The notes beneath the pieces were generated by a model that searched no databases, had not been told where the DNA came from, and worked only from the letters and a program-made list of their open reading frames with translations. From positions 66,954-130,953 of the forward strand of contig JAAEQW010000256.1 in the NCBI GenBank assembly GCA_024231025.1: a stretch of 64,000 nucleotides of DNA. Direction: 5' to 3'. The first letter of the stretch is position 1. The number at the start of each line of letters is the position of its first letter. Source of the stretch: Candidatus Omnitrophota bacterium. GTDB lineage: Bacteria; Omnitrophota; Gorgyraeia; Duberdicusellales; 4484-171. The translations under genes and the position numbers were made by a program. Below are positions 48,691 to 60,600 of this stretch, piece by piece.

Positions 48691-49559
48691 TTTTTGTTGT
48701 AATTTTTGTTTTAATATTGGCGGCTACTTATATGATTATGAGCGGGATTAGCTCTTTTACATATGAGAAGAAGGAGCGTTTTTATGCTCACCTTCCTTCT
48801 AAATCCAAGACGAATATATTTACTACCGGTATTTTTAGAAACATTTCAACGTTGATTAATCGACCGTTTGCCGAGGTGCCTTATTTAAGGAGCATTAATG
48901 CAAAAGCCAAGTTCTTAAAACTTCCTTTTGGGTCGTTAGAGATATTGCTAATGAAAGAGCTTCTAATGGTAGGTGGGGGAGTTGCCGGGTTTATACTTTT
49001 TGAGCCGATGCACGGGGTTATTGGTGCTTTTGTTGGTTTTTTATTGCCTGATTTTGTGGTTAATAGTAAGGTTAATGGCAAAAAGGATGCTCTCTTGCGT
49101 GTATTTCCCGAAACGGTAGACATTATGGATTTGTGTATCGGTGCGGGGTTAGATTTTTTAGCGGCTTTGCGTTGGGTGGTTGAAAAATCAACACCGAGTC
49201 CTTTTATCGAACAGCTCGAGGTAGTTTTGAGCGAAATACAAGTTGGCAAAAGCCGAAGCGAGGCGCTGCGTGATATGGCTAAACGGGTTAAGCTTCCTGA
49301 TATAAATAGTTTTGTGCGAACGATAGTTCAGGCGGAGCGAATGGGTATTTCTATTGAAGAAGCCTTACGTAATTTGTCTGAAGATACACGGATGACCCGC
49401 TTTCAAAGAGGAGAGAGATATGCGATTAAAGCTGGTTTAAAAATGTTGATTCCTCTAATGTTATTTATTCTGCCTGTAATTTTGGTTGTAGTAGCCGGTC
49501 CGGTTATTATTCAATTCACCCAGGGCGATCTTATTCCCGGTTCAGGGGTAATGCAGTGA
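48687..49559 (+). CDS. tadC: Tad pilus inner-membrane platform protein TadC-like (T2SS F domain)
   Basis: Overlapping start; T2SSF domain. Confidence 0.7.
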   Translation: MIFVVIFVLILAATYMIMSGISSFTYEKKERFYAHLPSKSKTNIFTTGIFRNISTLINRPFAEVPYLRSINAKAKFLKLPFGSLEILLMKELLMVGGGVAGFILFEPMHGVIGAFVGFLLPDFVVNSKVNGKKDALLRVFPETVDIMDLCIGAGLDFLAALRWVVEKSTPSPFIEQLEVVLSEIQVGKSRSEALRDMAKRVKLPDINSFVRTIVQAERMGISIEEALRNLSEDTRMTRFQRGERYAIKAGLKMLIPLMLFILPVILVVVAGPVIIQFTQGDLIPGSGVMQ

Positions 49560-50080
49560 GAAAAAAAATAGTTTCGATCAGCGTAATTATTATAGCTTGC
49601 GTTGCGCTTAGCGGTTGTCATTTTTTGTGGATTAAATATAAGAATAAAGATAAAAAGTTCTCTATTTTGTTTTCTAGATTTTGGACAATCGAAGAAAACA
49701 AAGGACCGTTAGATGTTGTTTGTCACGCTCCTTTAAAAGGAAAAAATGATCTCTATCGTGAAAATATAAATGTAATTGCAGCAGAGCTGCCGAATCAGGA
49801 TGCGGTAGACACTTTTTTTCAGATGAATAAAGATGTTACAATGCGTGTTTTACCGGGGCTAAAGAGCAATGTGTCTGAAGGTGAGATATTTGCCGGCTCT
49901 CACCGCGGCCAATACTTTTCTTTTGAGACCAGCATGGAGGACCATAAAATAAAAATTAAAAGCGCAGTCTTTTTTAAGGGGCTTAAAGCTTATATCGTTA
50001 CCTGCAGTGCGCAGACTAGCCAGTACCATAAGTATAAAGATGTTTTTGAGAAATCCATCAAAAGCTTGCGGATTAAATAG
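49556..50080 (+). CDS. Lipoprotein, function unknown
   Basis: Lipobox VALSGC. Confidence 0.5.
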   Translation: MRKKIVSISVIIIACVALSGCHFLWIKYKNKDKKFSILFSRFWTIEENKGPLDVVCHAPLKGKNDLYRENINVIAAELPNQDAVDTFFQMNKDVTMRVLPGLKSNVSEGEIFAGSHRGQYFSFETSMEDHKIKIKSAVFFKGLKAYIVTCSAQTSQYHKYKDVFEKSIKSLRIK

Positions 50081-50092
50081 TACCTACCTCCA

Positions 50093-51025
50093 ATGAGTAA
50101 AAAATATTTTTTAATAATTAATCCTACCGCGCATTCCGGCCGGGCTCGCCGTGATGGCGAGAAAATAATCGCCTTATTCAAAGAGCGCGGGGCAGATTTT
50201 GATTTTGAGTGGACCAAGAAAAAAGAGGATGCAATTAGCATTGCTCATCAGGCTACTTGTAAGGGGTATCAAATTTTAGTGGCGATAGGCGGTGACGGCA
50301 CAATTTGCGAAGTAATCAGTGGTATTTTTGCAGCAGAAGTCACGTCTCGACCGAAATTAGGGGTTATTCATGTTGGCACCAGCCCTGATTTTAATAAAAA
50401 TCATGGGATTGCTCTTGATATAGAAGGTGCCGCTGAAGCCTTGTTTTCTAATAATACAAAAATAATCGATATCGGCAAAGTTACTTACCGGCAGGATTTA
50501 GAAGGTGGGCAACAAAGAATTGGATTTTTTGCCAGTAACGCTAATTTTGGTGTAGGACCGTTGGTTGTGGGTAAATCTAATTCGCGTTACCGCAAATATC
50601 TGGGTGATTTTTTAGGAACGTTAACCGCGTTGTTGGTGTCTTTGGTTGGCTTTCGAAAGGTTGATTTTTCGGTAGAAATCGAAGGCAAAAAAAGAACATT
50701 CAATAAGTTGATTAACCTTACTGTTGGTAAGGATCCCTACATTGGCTCAGGAATGCGAATTTTCAGTGAGATAAAGCCCGATGACGGAAAATTTTATATT
50801 TTTTCAATTGAGCGTAAGACCAGTTGGTCTAAGTTTTTAATGAGTATTCCCAAATTATACAATGGTAATTTCTTAGAGTATAGCGGCGCGGCCTTACAGT
50901 ACGCGTCAGAAATAACAATTAATGCTTGCCCGCAATACCCTTTTATCGAATGCGACGGCGACATAAAAGGATACCTACCCGCCAAAATCGAAATACTACC
51001 CAAAGCCCTTGCGATTGTTGTGTAA
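50093..51025 (+). CDS. Diacylglycerol/lipid kinase catalytic-domain protein (YegS/BmrU-like)
   Basis: FLIINPTAHSGRA ... VAIGGDGTICEV. Confidence 0.7.
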   Translation: MSKKYFLIINPTAHSGRARRDGEKIIALFKERGADFDFEWTKKKEDAISIAHQATCKGYQILVAIGGDGTICEVISGIFAAEVTSRPKLGVIHVGTSPDFNKNHGIALDIEGAAEALFSNNTKIIDIGKVTYRQDLEGGQQRIGFFASNANFGVGPLVVGKSNSRYRKYLGDFLGTLTALLVSLVGFRKVDFSVEIEGKKRTFNKLINLTVGKDPYIGSGMRIFSEIKPDDGKFYIFSIERKTSWSKFLMSIPKLYNGNFLEYSGAALQYASEITINACPQYPFIECDGDIKGYLPAKIEILPKALAIVV

Positions 51026-51087
51026 GGGGGCAAGGATTAAGGATTAAGAATCTCCCGTTTTTACAGGACCCCACTAAATAAAACAAT

Positions 51088-51259
51088 AACCAAGATATAT
51101 TTACAACTAACAAGAAGTAAAAACCAATTTCCCTGGCACCATTCAAATCATCCAGCGATGATTTTCTTTGGCGCTTCGACCTTAAAAATCCTTCACTTCG
51201 CTCAGGATACCATGCTTTTAAGGTCTCAGGGCCTGCCTGGAAAACTATTTTTACTTCTT
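51088..51259. repeat. ~170-bp structured repeat, copy B
   Basis: Homologous to 31097-31268; the internal hairpin here is GACCTTAAAA..TTTTAAGGTC, a compensatory pair relative to copy A. Confidence 0.75.
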
Positions 51260-51397
51260 GTCTTTATTTATTCCTGCTCAAAAGTATTCAATAACCAAAC
51301 TGTTTGATTATTGGATATTGAATATTGAAATTTGTTTGTATCTTGTGTCTTGTTTCTTGTATCTTGATTTGAAAATAACCAACTTGCTATTTAATCT

Positions 51398-52363
51398 TCA
51401 TGCATCGTAAACAACAAAGAGAAGATTGATTGCGATTAGGTTAAAGATAAAAAGAAACATCGCAGTGCATGGCGAGACTAGGCCAATTAGGGCTGCTTCA
51501 AAGCAGGCAGTTGCGATAATCGCCCACTTTAAAATATGATAAGCATTATCGCGTGGATTAATGATTAAGCTTATTGCGGTATATACAAAAATCAATGCTG
51601 ATAGAGTTATTAGCCCATAAAATATATCTTGGGAATAAGGTGCCAAAAACAAGGACTCCTTCAAGAGAAAAAATCTCACTAAAGTAAAAAGTATTGCCAC
51701 AAAAGGTAGGCTAAGATACTTGGCTCGATTCGGAGTAAGTAGAATAACTAAGTTGCGTATGCCCGCTGCTTTGTCTCCTTCGGCATCTTTGAAATTAGAG
51801 AAAAAGCAAAAGATAAAGTTTACAAACCAAACTAAAATTGCTGCCGCAGCGAGATCTTGCCTCCAAATGATCGCAAACCCGCTTGAACCGGCGCATAATG
51901 CCCCATAATAGACGCATAGAGCGATCAAAAGACCGTAGACGGCGTTTCCTAGGATTATCTTTTTAAATCGACTATAAGCGAAATTCATGGCAAATATAAG
52001 TACATAAACTACTACCGCGTACCCATTCAGAAAATAAGTAGCGATCGCCCCAATGATAAATAAAATGGCGCTTATTGCAATGGCATGTTTCACTTGTAAT
52101 GTTCCGGTAACCATTGCCCGACTTGGAGCATTTATGCGATCTTCAGTGAGACTTAAATAGTCGTTAACAACTTGGTTAACTCCCCAACCAGCAAACATAA
52201 TGATTAAAATCGCCATTTGCCGCAACAGATTTGGCTCAGGAACAATTAAATACATGCCCAAAAGCCCGGCCATTGCCGGAATGAAGCCGCAATACCAACG
52301 CATAGAAATAAAGTAGGCAGCAATGTTTTTCTTCATTTTAGAAGTAATTAAGCCAGAAAGCAA
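51398..52363 (-). CDS. UbiA-family prenyltransferase
   Basis: Eight or nine TM helices and the Asp-rich NDYLSLTEDRINAPSR motif. Confidence 0.55.
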   Translation of the reverse strand: MLSGLITSKMKKNIAAYFISMRWYCGFIPAMAGLLGMYLIVPEPNLLRQMAILIIMFAGWGVNQVVNDYLSLTEDRINAPSRAMVTGTLQVKHAIAISAILFIIGAIATYFLNGYAVVVYVLIFAMNFAYSRFKKIILGNAVYGLLIALCVYYGALCAGSSGFAIIWRQDLAAAAILVWFVNFIFCFFSNFKDAEGDKAAGIRNLVILLTPNRAKYLSLPFVAILFTLVRFFLLKESLFLAPYSQDIFYGLITLSALIFVYTAISLIINPRDNAYHILKWAIIATACFEAALIGLVSPCTAMFLFIFNLIAINLLFVVYDA

Positions 52364-53795
52364 GTACCGATAAAGTTACGGCGTGCAGGAAAAAGGCGTA
52401 TTTGTCTTTGTAATTGACAGAACTAACTAAATAGCATTGCAGTACTGCCAAAATCACCATAGGAAAAAATAGCAACGGATCCAATAATAACAGCGGCAAA
52501 ATCAAATAGGATATAAGAATAACAATGCCTATGAGTAATTTGCTTTTCTTCTTGCCGAACAGATTAAGAATCGACCATTTTTCCTTAGACTCCAGATCCA
52601 TAAAATTTAAGCATAGCGCGGGAAATATTAAAAAATAAAGCGAAAAAATATGGGGAAAACCGCGCAGCTCTCCACCGGCAAATAACCAACCAAGCAGCAC
52701 CAAAAGCAATAGGCCGGCCGATATTAAGAATTTAGAAAAAACCGGAACACGTTTTAATTGCAGTGGTGGCAATGAGTGCAAAGTGATCAGCGAGAGAGCG
52801 ATCAAGGCAAAGTAAAAGGTAGTGAAATTAACCGCTAAAGCACAGATCGCGGTGACTAAAAAAACAGCACCGATTACGCTTTTTGTGTTTTTGTGGTATG
52901 GGCGATTAAGCGTTATCGCCACAGAGTAGGTGCCGATGATTGCAAATATCGTTAATATAAAGGATGAAAAGTTTCTAATTAAGGTAGTGGTTATCAGATA
53001 TTGCCTTAAGGTGACGCCCAAAATGAAACAAAGAACAAGGCATATTGCTTTAGAGGGGTAAATGTTTTTAAAAATATTCTTATCCTTTAAATAAAGCAGA
53101 ATGAACACTTCTGCAAAAATAATTACGCAGAAAAAGCGAATTACTGGTATCGGTCGAGTAGTCAGTAAGCTTACCTTTAGTAACGCGGCAATTTTACCCA
53201 TAATTGTTGGTAGAATAAAGAAGATTAAAATTACAGCGTATGAACATAAAACTCCTAAAAGGGCGGTAGTAATTTTCTTTGTTTTAATTAGGCAGTAGCT
53301 GAAAATAACCGTAAGAAATAGTATGCCAGTTAGGAATTCACCCGGAGTTACTCCATGCGGTGGCAAAAACGCTGCCAACCCTGTGGGCGTAATGTAGTGA
53401 ATTTCAATTCCTTTGCCCGCGGATAAGATTAAATCAACAATCGGAGTTAACACGACAATTGGAGTTACCCCCAGCACGATCCGCAATGTCTTGTCGATTT
53501 TTCGGCGAGTAAGCAATGTTAAGATTATGGGAAATGCAAAAGCTACCGCGACCCACCAAAGACAATTATGGGTAAACCATATTGCAATGCTGGTGCCGGC
53601 AGAAAGAAAAGATTCGTGATTAAACGGAAATAGCTTAAAAGGAACCCAACCGGTATCTGAGAAAATTTCCAGAAAGTTTTCAATAGTTATGACGCCAAAG
53701 AATGTTAGAAAATAGTATATTGCAGGGATGCTTGTATCTTCGATTACCGAGACAAAATTTTTGATTTTTTGTGCGAGATTACCCATCAATACCAA
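52338..53795 (-). CDS. Polytopic integral membrane protein, function unknown
   Basis: At least 12 predicted TM helices; its 3' end overlaps the start of the UbiA gene. Confidence 0.5.
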   Translation of the reverse strand: MVLMGNLAQKIKNFVSVIEDTSIPAIYYFLTFFGVITIENFLEIFSDTGWVPFKLFPFNHESFLSAGTSIAIWFTHNCLWWVAVAFAFPIILTLLTRRKIDKTLRIVLGVTPIVVLTPIVDLILSAGKGIEIHYITPTGLAAFLPPHGVTPGEFLTGILFLTVIFSYCLIKTKKITTALLGVLCSYAVILIFFILPTIMGKIAALLKVSLLTTRPIPVIRFFCVIIFAEVFILLYLKDKNIFKNIYPSKAICLVLCFILGVTLRQYLITTTLIRNFSSFILTIFAIIGTYSVAITLNRPYHKNTKSVIGAVFLVTAICALAVNFTTFYFALIALSLITLHSLPPLQLKRVPVFSKFLISAGLLLLVLLGWLFAGGELRGFPHIFSLYFLIFPALCLNFMDLESKEKWSILNLFGKKKSKLLIGIVILISYLILPLLLLDPLLFFPMVILAVLQCYLVSSVNYKDKYAFFLHAVTLSVLAFWLNYF

Positions 53796-53837
53796 GTATA
53801 GGAGATTACCTATTTTTTGTCAAGCGATGGGGGCAGA

Positions 53838-53956
53838 TCGGGGACATGTACCGGAAGCCCCGAAGGGGATCGGTACGTGTCCCCGGAAGCCAAAAATAAT
53901 CGTAGGGGCACAGCGTGCTGTGCCCTCAATAAATAGGGATCGGTACGTGTCCCCGG
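53838..53956. repeat. REP cluster: REP3 (53905-53925) flanked by 25-bp direct repeats GGGATCGGTACGTGTCCCCGGAAGC, plus a GGGGACATGTACCGGAAGCCCC hairpin
   Basis: The direct repeats are at 53866-53890 and 53932-53956. Confidence 0.7.
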
Positions 53957-54198
53957 AAGCAGTAAATATGGTACCAATTAAATTCGTTTGGTTGATGCCT
54001 CCGGTAAAATAGCTATTTGTTGCTTCGCGCATGAGTCCTTTGAACGTAATCAATAAAAAGTCGATGGGCGAAATGCTCGAAACAAAGAACTCCACGGCTT
54101 CGCGCGTGGAGGCGAACCGGACATCAAGCCTTCGCAAAAATAGATTTCACCTGCGGCTAATTTTGCCTATCGTTTTGTTACCAAACCCGGAAAGAAAA

Positions 54199-54280
54199 TC
54201 CGTAAATATATTATCGATAATCCCATAAATTGGATTAATGATGATGAAAACGATAAAGAGGGCACAGCGCGCTGTGCCCC
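54199..54280. repeat. RAYT3 3'-end fragment plus a REP3 palindrome (54260-54280)
   Basis: Near-identical to 22887-22972 and 47595-47675. Confidence 0.75.
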
Positions 54281-54496
54281 TACGTATAATCTATGATTTA
54301 TTATTATCAAGAAAACATTTGTAGATTGTTCTGTTATAATGGGTTATGGATTGAAATGTCCAAAAATGATAGGAATTTTCACACTTTTTTCGGACACTCT
54401 TTTCAGGGGTTTTTGCGCTTTTTTTGGACACCCTTTATTGGAGGTATCTTGAAGAATGGCGTCTTTATATATTAAGAATTTATAAGTTAAATAGTG

Positions 54497-54527
54497 TTGA
54501 CATTTTACTCATAAAAATGTTATATTT
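54497..54527 (+). promoter_or_regulatory. Sigma-70-like promoter (TTGACA, 17-bp spacer, TTATAT) driving riboswitch copy 2
   Basis: TTGACA at 54497-54502 and TTATAT at 54520-54525. Confidence 0.5.
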
Positions 54528-54532
54528 GTATG

Positions 54533-54615
54533 GTAGCGAAGGGCAAACCTCGAGTAATCGAGTGGCGCAAAGCCACGGGCCCCGAATGTTTTGGGGCAGC
54601 CGGGTTGTGGGTATC
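54533..54615 (+). promoter_or_regulatory. c-di-GMP-I (GEMM) riboswitch-like leader, copy 2, upstream of the 2102-aa gene
   Basis: AGGGCAAACC-TCGAGTAATCGAG (P1 with a GUAA loop) - GGCGCAAAGCC - ACGGGCCCC..GGGGCAGCCGGGTT. Confidence 0.65.
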
Positions 54616-54652
54616 AAAAGTAGTTGAGTAGTTTGTTTTTAACATTAAAGTT

Positions 54653-57600
54653 ATGAAACAAAAAAGTAATAAAATGGGGAGTGGGGATAGGGGGAGGTTT
54701 TTAAACTTTTCTCTTAGCTCGTTTAAAGGTAAGAAAATAGTGAGTGCGATAGTCGCACTCATTTTTTTATTTAACGTCTGTACCCCTGCGTATGCTTGGC
54801 GTGACGGTAATCATAGCCATACAACTAGCGCTGCAGCTTTTGGTGGCGGAGCGCTCGGCGGACTCGTAACCGGTGTTTTTATTTTGATCGGTAATGGTGG
54901 CCTAACCAGTTGGGGATCGGTAGTTGCCGGTGCTGCGTCTGATATAACCGGAGCGATCATGTACTACGAAAGTTATGACACCTACGATGAGACGATGACC
55001 ATTGGCGGGGAAGAGCTTGATTGGAGTCTTGGCAAAGTTGACATAACGATTACTAAAGGTCAGTTTTGGAGTATGACTGCCGGAATAATTGCTGGCTGTA
55101 TAGTTGGTGTTGTCGGCGGTGTTGCTTCAGGAGTGAAAACCGCAGCCGCTGAAGCAGCTAAAGAAGGCGTGAAAGAAATATCGAGTGAGGCGATCAAAGA
55201 AGTCACAAAAACCGCAACTGACATTGCAGTAGAGACAATGAAGAATGTAGTTGTCGGATCGATGATTGGTGCCGTGGCCGGTGCCGCCGGAGGCGCGATA
55301 GTTGGGGCAATTAGCGATGGTAAGGAAGGCGCCCTTAAAGGCTTGGGAAAAGGTGCTGTTCTTGGTGCCGCGGCGGGGGCAGGCGGTGCGTTACTAACTG
55401 GTGTTTTGAGAGGTATTGAAAAGGTGCTTGCTTCAACGATGGGCGATTCTCTTGCCGGTACGATTGCTGAGAACGTTATTAATCATACTTTGCGCAACGC
55501 TTTAATTAAGCTTCCGGTTGACTTTGCTTGTGCTTTTGGAGCGCTAGTAGTTTCTCGTACCGTTGAAGAAGTGCTAGTTCAAAAACACGACATGGATCGA
55601 ACCCTTGCCGGGATGATTGGTGGCGTTGCCGGAATGGGGGCGCGTTTTCTTACCCAGCCGGTATTAATGCAAACGTGGACCCAGAACAATTATTACATGA
55701 GCAACCGAGGCATTGTGCTTAGCGCAGGTGAGAAAAAGCGACTGGACATGGTTGCGAATTTTAAAAAGACCCTCAAGAAATCCAAGGATAAAATCGAAGT
55801 TGGTCAAATTGACGCCAAAACCGGAGAAGTAACCCAAAGTAAGACCATTAGCGTCTCTCGTCTTGCTGATGCAAAATATATAGGTAGTGGAGTGTTTCAA
55901 TTGGAAAATGGAAGTCAAGTTGACATTAATTCTAACGGCATGAGGGGGTTATCTCCTGAAATAATGAAAGCGGTGAAGGGTTATGCCAACATAGTTGCGA
56001 GGGTGGATCCTTCAATGAGAATAACCGGCGACGTTGCGCGCACCTTTGGCGGAGGCGCGGTGCAGGATTCGTTTTTTGCTCCGATTCATTCGGTGGTGAG
56101 CGTTGGGCCGCGACCGATTATTTCAACAGCAACACAAGTTGCGATATTATATGCTTTGGATTATAAGACGTTTTACGGCCGGGGTGATTCAGAACGCGGC
56201 AAAAAGAAAAATTATCGCAATGCGCTTAAGATGGCGCTTGCGCGCAGCGCAGGTTCGCTTGCTGGTGAGCTGTCGACAGGTTGGTTAACGCAAGCTTATA
56301 ATCCTTGGAGTTCAAGGCCGCAAGATATGGCGGGTTTTAAAGGTTGGGCGCAACATACCGGCAGGGCGGTTGCGGTGGAAAGCGGCGGACTGCTAGCTGA
56401 CGTTGCTTTTGCTCGGATGACTTACGCTTGGAATTTAAATACTGCCTATGGCCTTCAAGGCCTGGTGCATTTGGGAATGAGTAGTCTTGTTGGTGGAACA
56501 TTGGATACCTTATTTAGAGAAGATCGAATGAAAGCCGAGAAAACAGTTTTCGTTGAGGTTAAAGATGAGCCCGAATACGTTGATGAAAAAAAACTTGTTA
56601 AGAAAGAGCCCGAAACGCTCAGCGAAGAAGAACACCGAGAAAGATATAGTGCCGCAAGAGGTTGGGAGCCCGATGAAAACGCGACTAAGCCATCAAAGGG
56701 TATCTACGTTTATACAAACACTAAAACCGATGAAACAAAAACTTATAAAAAGCAGCACAGCGTGGTGGATGTTCCTAAAGGCTATGAATCGGCCTATTCG
56801 AAGGCAAGCGTTGGCGCGCCACGAGTGGATATTTTCTTTATTTGTGTAGGAATGGATTTTGCTAATAACTTCAAAGAAGCATCAATTAACGCGGCACTGA
56901 TGCCTTATCCGTATCGTTCAACCGGCACTGGAATGGGGGCAATGGCCGCAAATTTTGAAAATCAAGATCGGTTTACTCGTCGCATAGCAATGCATATGCG
57001 CGGGGTTGGCCCAGTTCAAGCAAGGGCAATCGAGGCGGGCCAGGCTCTAAGCGGCCAGGCACGGGGACGTTTTGCTAATAGTTTCGGTTATTCAATTGCT
57101 AATACATGGCTTCCGTATCGGTACCAATCTTACGCGGCATTTATGCCGGACGTTGACGCGCACTTAGATGAAAACGTTTCTACGCCGGGTAGAGAATCTG
57201 AAAAGCTCTATAAGGATCGTAAGGAAACGAAAGAACAGCGCCAAAAAGTAAGACAAGAAACTCAGGAAGTAGAGAAAAAAATAGCAACAATTGAACTCTC
57301 CAACTTAGATAAAAAAAGTGATGATACTTTAGTTGCGTTACAAAAACGTTTAATTGAGCTAAAGGTACAAGATAAAGCATTGGGGAATAAACTTGCCCAA
57401 AATAAAAAAGATATTCAAAATCTCCGTACCAAAACGGTCAATGCGTACGGTGATTTGTCGCCAATATATTTTAATGGCGGGATCGTGAATTATTCAGTTG
57501 ACCGGCGTATCTCTGATTATGCGGTGGTAAGAGAATCAATTCAGTTTACCGGCGAAAGATCCGCTGAAGAAAAAGAAAACGCAATGATTCACAACGAAGA

Positions 57601-60600
57601 TCCTTCGCAATATAGATCAATTGAGGTAGAGGCAAAAGCAACGCTAGAGAGGGCGGGTGATGATGAGGAAATTGAAATATCTTCTTTTCAAGGAACGTAT
57701 AATCCTTCATTGGCCGGCCGACCGTTGGCAGTTGAGCACTACAGCACACAATTATCACATGGCGTTAGTGTTAATAACTTAGCCGGTGCTCTTGAAGGCG
57801 CTGAGCATCCGTTGATTGTGGGTGATGGCCTTACCATAACTAAGCCCGATCAACTTGATGAGGCTAAAAACAGGCTTTATGATATTATGGCAGACGATCC
57901 GGACGCGCCGATATATTATAAGGAGTTAAAAGCAGAGAAAGACTTAAACGATCAGGTAGTCGAGAAGCGGGCACAAGAGCAAGTTAAAGGTGCGAAAGCT
58001 TCAACTGAGAAAGTTAAGCCGATAATCCTGGTTACCGACAAGAAAAAGCGAGCCATCGCCGAAGAGATGACGGGTATTGTTGAGCGGCTTAATGGCGCGG
58101 TAAAGGGTGACGAAAACGCGAAACGTAATTTCGGTTCGGGTTTAATTGGCGTAATGGCCCTAAGAAGACAGGGTAATTCTTATTATCGGGCAACATGGGT
58201 TTTGGGTGAGGGCGATGAAAAGAAAGCAAAAGTTGCCAGAGTAATCGATGATTTAGGGGTTAGCCGTGGCGGTGGTATAAAATTGCAACATTCAGATAAG
58301 CCGTCTTTAACTGCCCGCACCACACGCGATATTTACGGCAGAAGTATTGAAACAAAAGAATACGGTTGGCATTATGATGTGAAAGAAGAAGAGATTGGGG
58401 TAAGTGATCCTCAAAGTAAAAGAAAGCCGGGTACAACAACACCTGAGAAGAAAAAAGTATCGGGTAACGGCGGGTATCGCCTTGTATCCCGTGATTTAGA
58501 AGGTGATGATAAGGTGTTAAAAGTCACTAAGCACGTTTATAAGGATTCGAAAGAAGCAAGAGAGGCTGCGATTGAGCTCAGTAAAAAGATGCCTAATTGG
58601 CATATTCAAATATACGAGAACGACGAAATTGCCGAAATCGAAGACGACAAGTTTCTTTTGGTTGAGGATTCCCCGGAACATTCTTTGATTGCGGCCATTT
58701 CGCCAGAAGCCGCGGCGGCAGGCCTAATCCCTTCTAAAATTCCTGATGATTATAAAATAAGAGCAGCTTATCCAAGAACCGAGACCACCGGAACCTGGAA
58801 AAACGTTGAAGTAGCAACCACCGAATACTATTATGGGCCGATGGGCCAGGCGATGTCAATAAGAAGCGAGGATCCAATAAAGTCACAACGCCGCAAAAAA
58901 GATTATAGTGCGGCGAATATAGTTGACGTTAGGCAATTAACTTTGCGTAAGCACGAGGATGAGACCGGGGCAATTAGAAAAGTAGAGCTCATCGAGAATG
59001 TTGATGGTGAGGAAAAAGTATTAAGTGAATTTAGAGGGAAAGAGGGAGAAAATCCTTTTGATGAAGCAGTAGCGTATGCGGCTACGCTCCAAAGCCCTGA
59101 TCCTACGATGGAGACAGTAGATTATGATTCGACAGGCGATCAACATTATATTGTGATGCGTGATCCAAAGACACAAAAGATAACTGGATTTGCCACGAAA
59201 GATTCTTATGCTAAGCATAAGGACGCATACGCTAAAGCCAATGAGCTTATTGATGGGCTTCTCCAAGGAGGTGGCGATGAAGCTTTACCTAAGGATACGA
59301 TTTTTGAAATATACATGGCTCATGAAATAGGTAAAACCAAAGACGGTCAACTGGTTATTTTAGATGATGAAGCAAGCGATGCCGCTTTGGCAGAAGCGCC
59401 AGTTGGAAAATATGCTTTGAAACCAAGCAGCCTTACCGGCAGAAAAGCGCCTAGTCAGGGGCCGGATGATCACAGCCCCGACGCGGTTGATTTTGGCAAG
59501 GCAACAGTTCAAGCGGCATCTGTTGCTAAAGGTGATGACCCGAACGTTACCTATGCGATAAGCATTTACGACACAAAAAGTGATCTTGAGTTTGTTAAGT
59601 CGTTAGGTGATGGCGGCTGGACGCGTTCGCCGTATGTTGGCGGTCCTAGCGGGCGATTAATTGCCCAAGACATACACCATGGTCCGCAGCTCTTATCAAA
59701 AAACGTACCGTATAATCCTAACATGCCCAGCAACCTTTTAAAAGTTGTGCGGATACATCTTGAAAATAGATTTCTCCAAGAAGCCGGCTTAAAAGAATTG
59801 GCAGTTGATGACATAGACGTTGACACAGAAGAAATTGTTGATGAGATGTATGATCGATTTGTTAAGAAAGCGCCGAAGTTTAAAGATCGGGTACTTGATG
59901 TGCGAGGCGCCAAAGGCAATAAGGAAGAGGCTTATAGCAAAGTAATGAGCAATTCGAATTACAATTTAGGCAAAATAGCTAACGAAACGTATAATGAAGT
60001 AGTTAATGAGCGCTTTAAAAGGGCGGGCCTAAACGATCAGGCTTGGAATACAATGATGCAAAGGCCAATAACAAGAATGGAGAGTTTTCAGTTTTTTGAA
60101 AATAAAAATATTGCCGGCAAAACATATTCGCTTCCAACCTGGGGCGCTAAGGCGGGGTATAATGCCGCTCGTCGTCCCAATAGGGATGTGGTTTATGATG
60201 CCCTAAGGCCGAATACAATGTTAAGCGCAACCGAAGATTATGTGCTACAATATGACGCAGGCGATCGGGTGATTGACATAACTGTTGTAGCCGGTGAAAC
60301 CATTGAAGATGCCTTAGCTAGAGAGGATATTTTTGTGTCACGCAAAGAGTATACCGCAAGCAAAGATGGGCGCAAATTTGCCGTTAATAAAGATAAAACT
60401 TTCAATGAGGCTGAGTATGAGGAAACCGGATTTTTATCGAAGCCTAAAGAGCGTAACATTGTGCTTGGCGGCGACAAAGCGATAAGGGTTGGACCGTCTC
60501 AGAGCCCACAAGAAGCCTTGAAAGAGCACGAGATAATCGGCACAACTTTTATTAGTGAAGAGGATTTTGTAAATAGAGTTGTTGCGCCTAATGAGGAGAT

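Noticed and set aside
53728-54228. ORFs 53728-54012 (+), 53820-54137 (-) and 54031-54228 (+)
   Set aside because: They are embedded in the REP3 / RAYT3-remnant cluster, and their sequence is explained by repeats.
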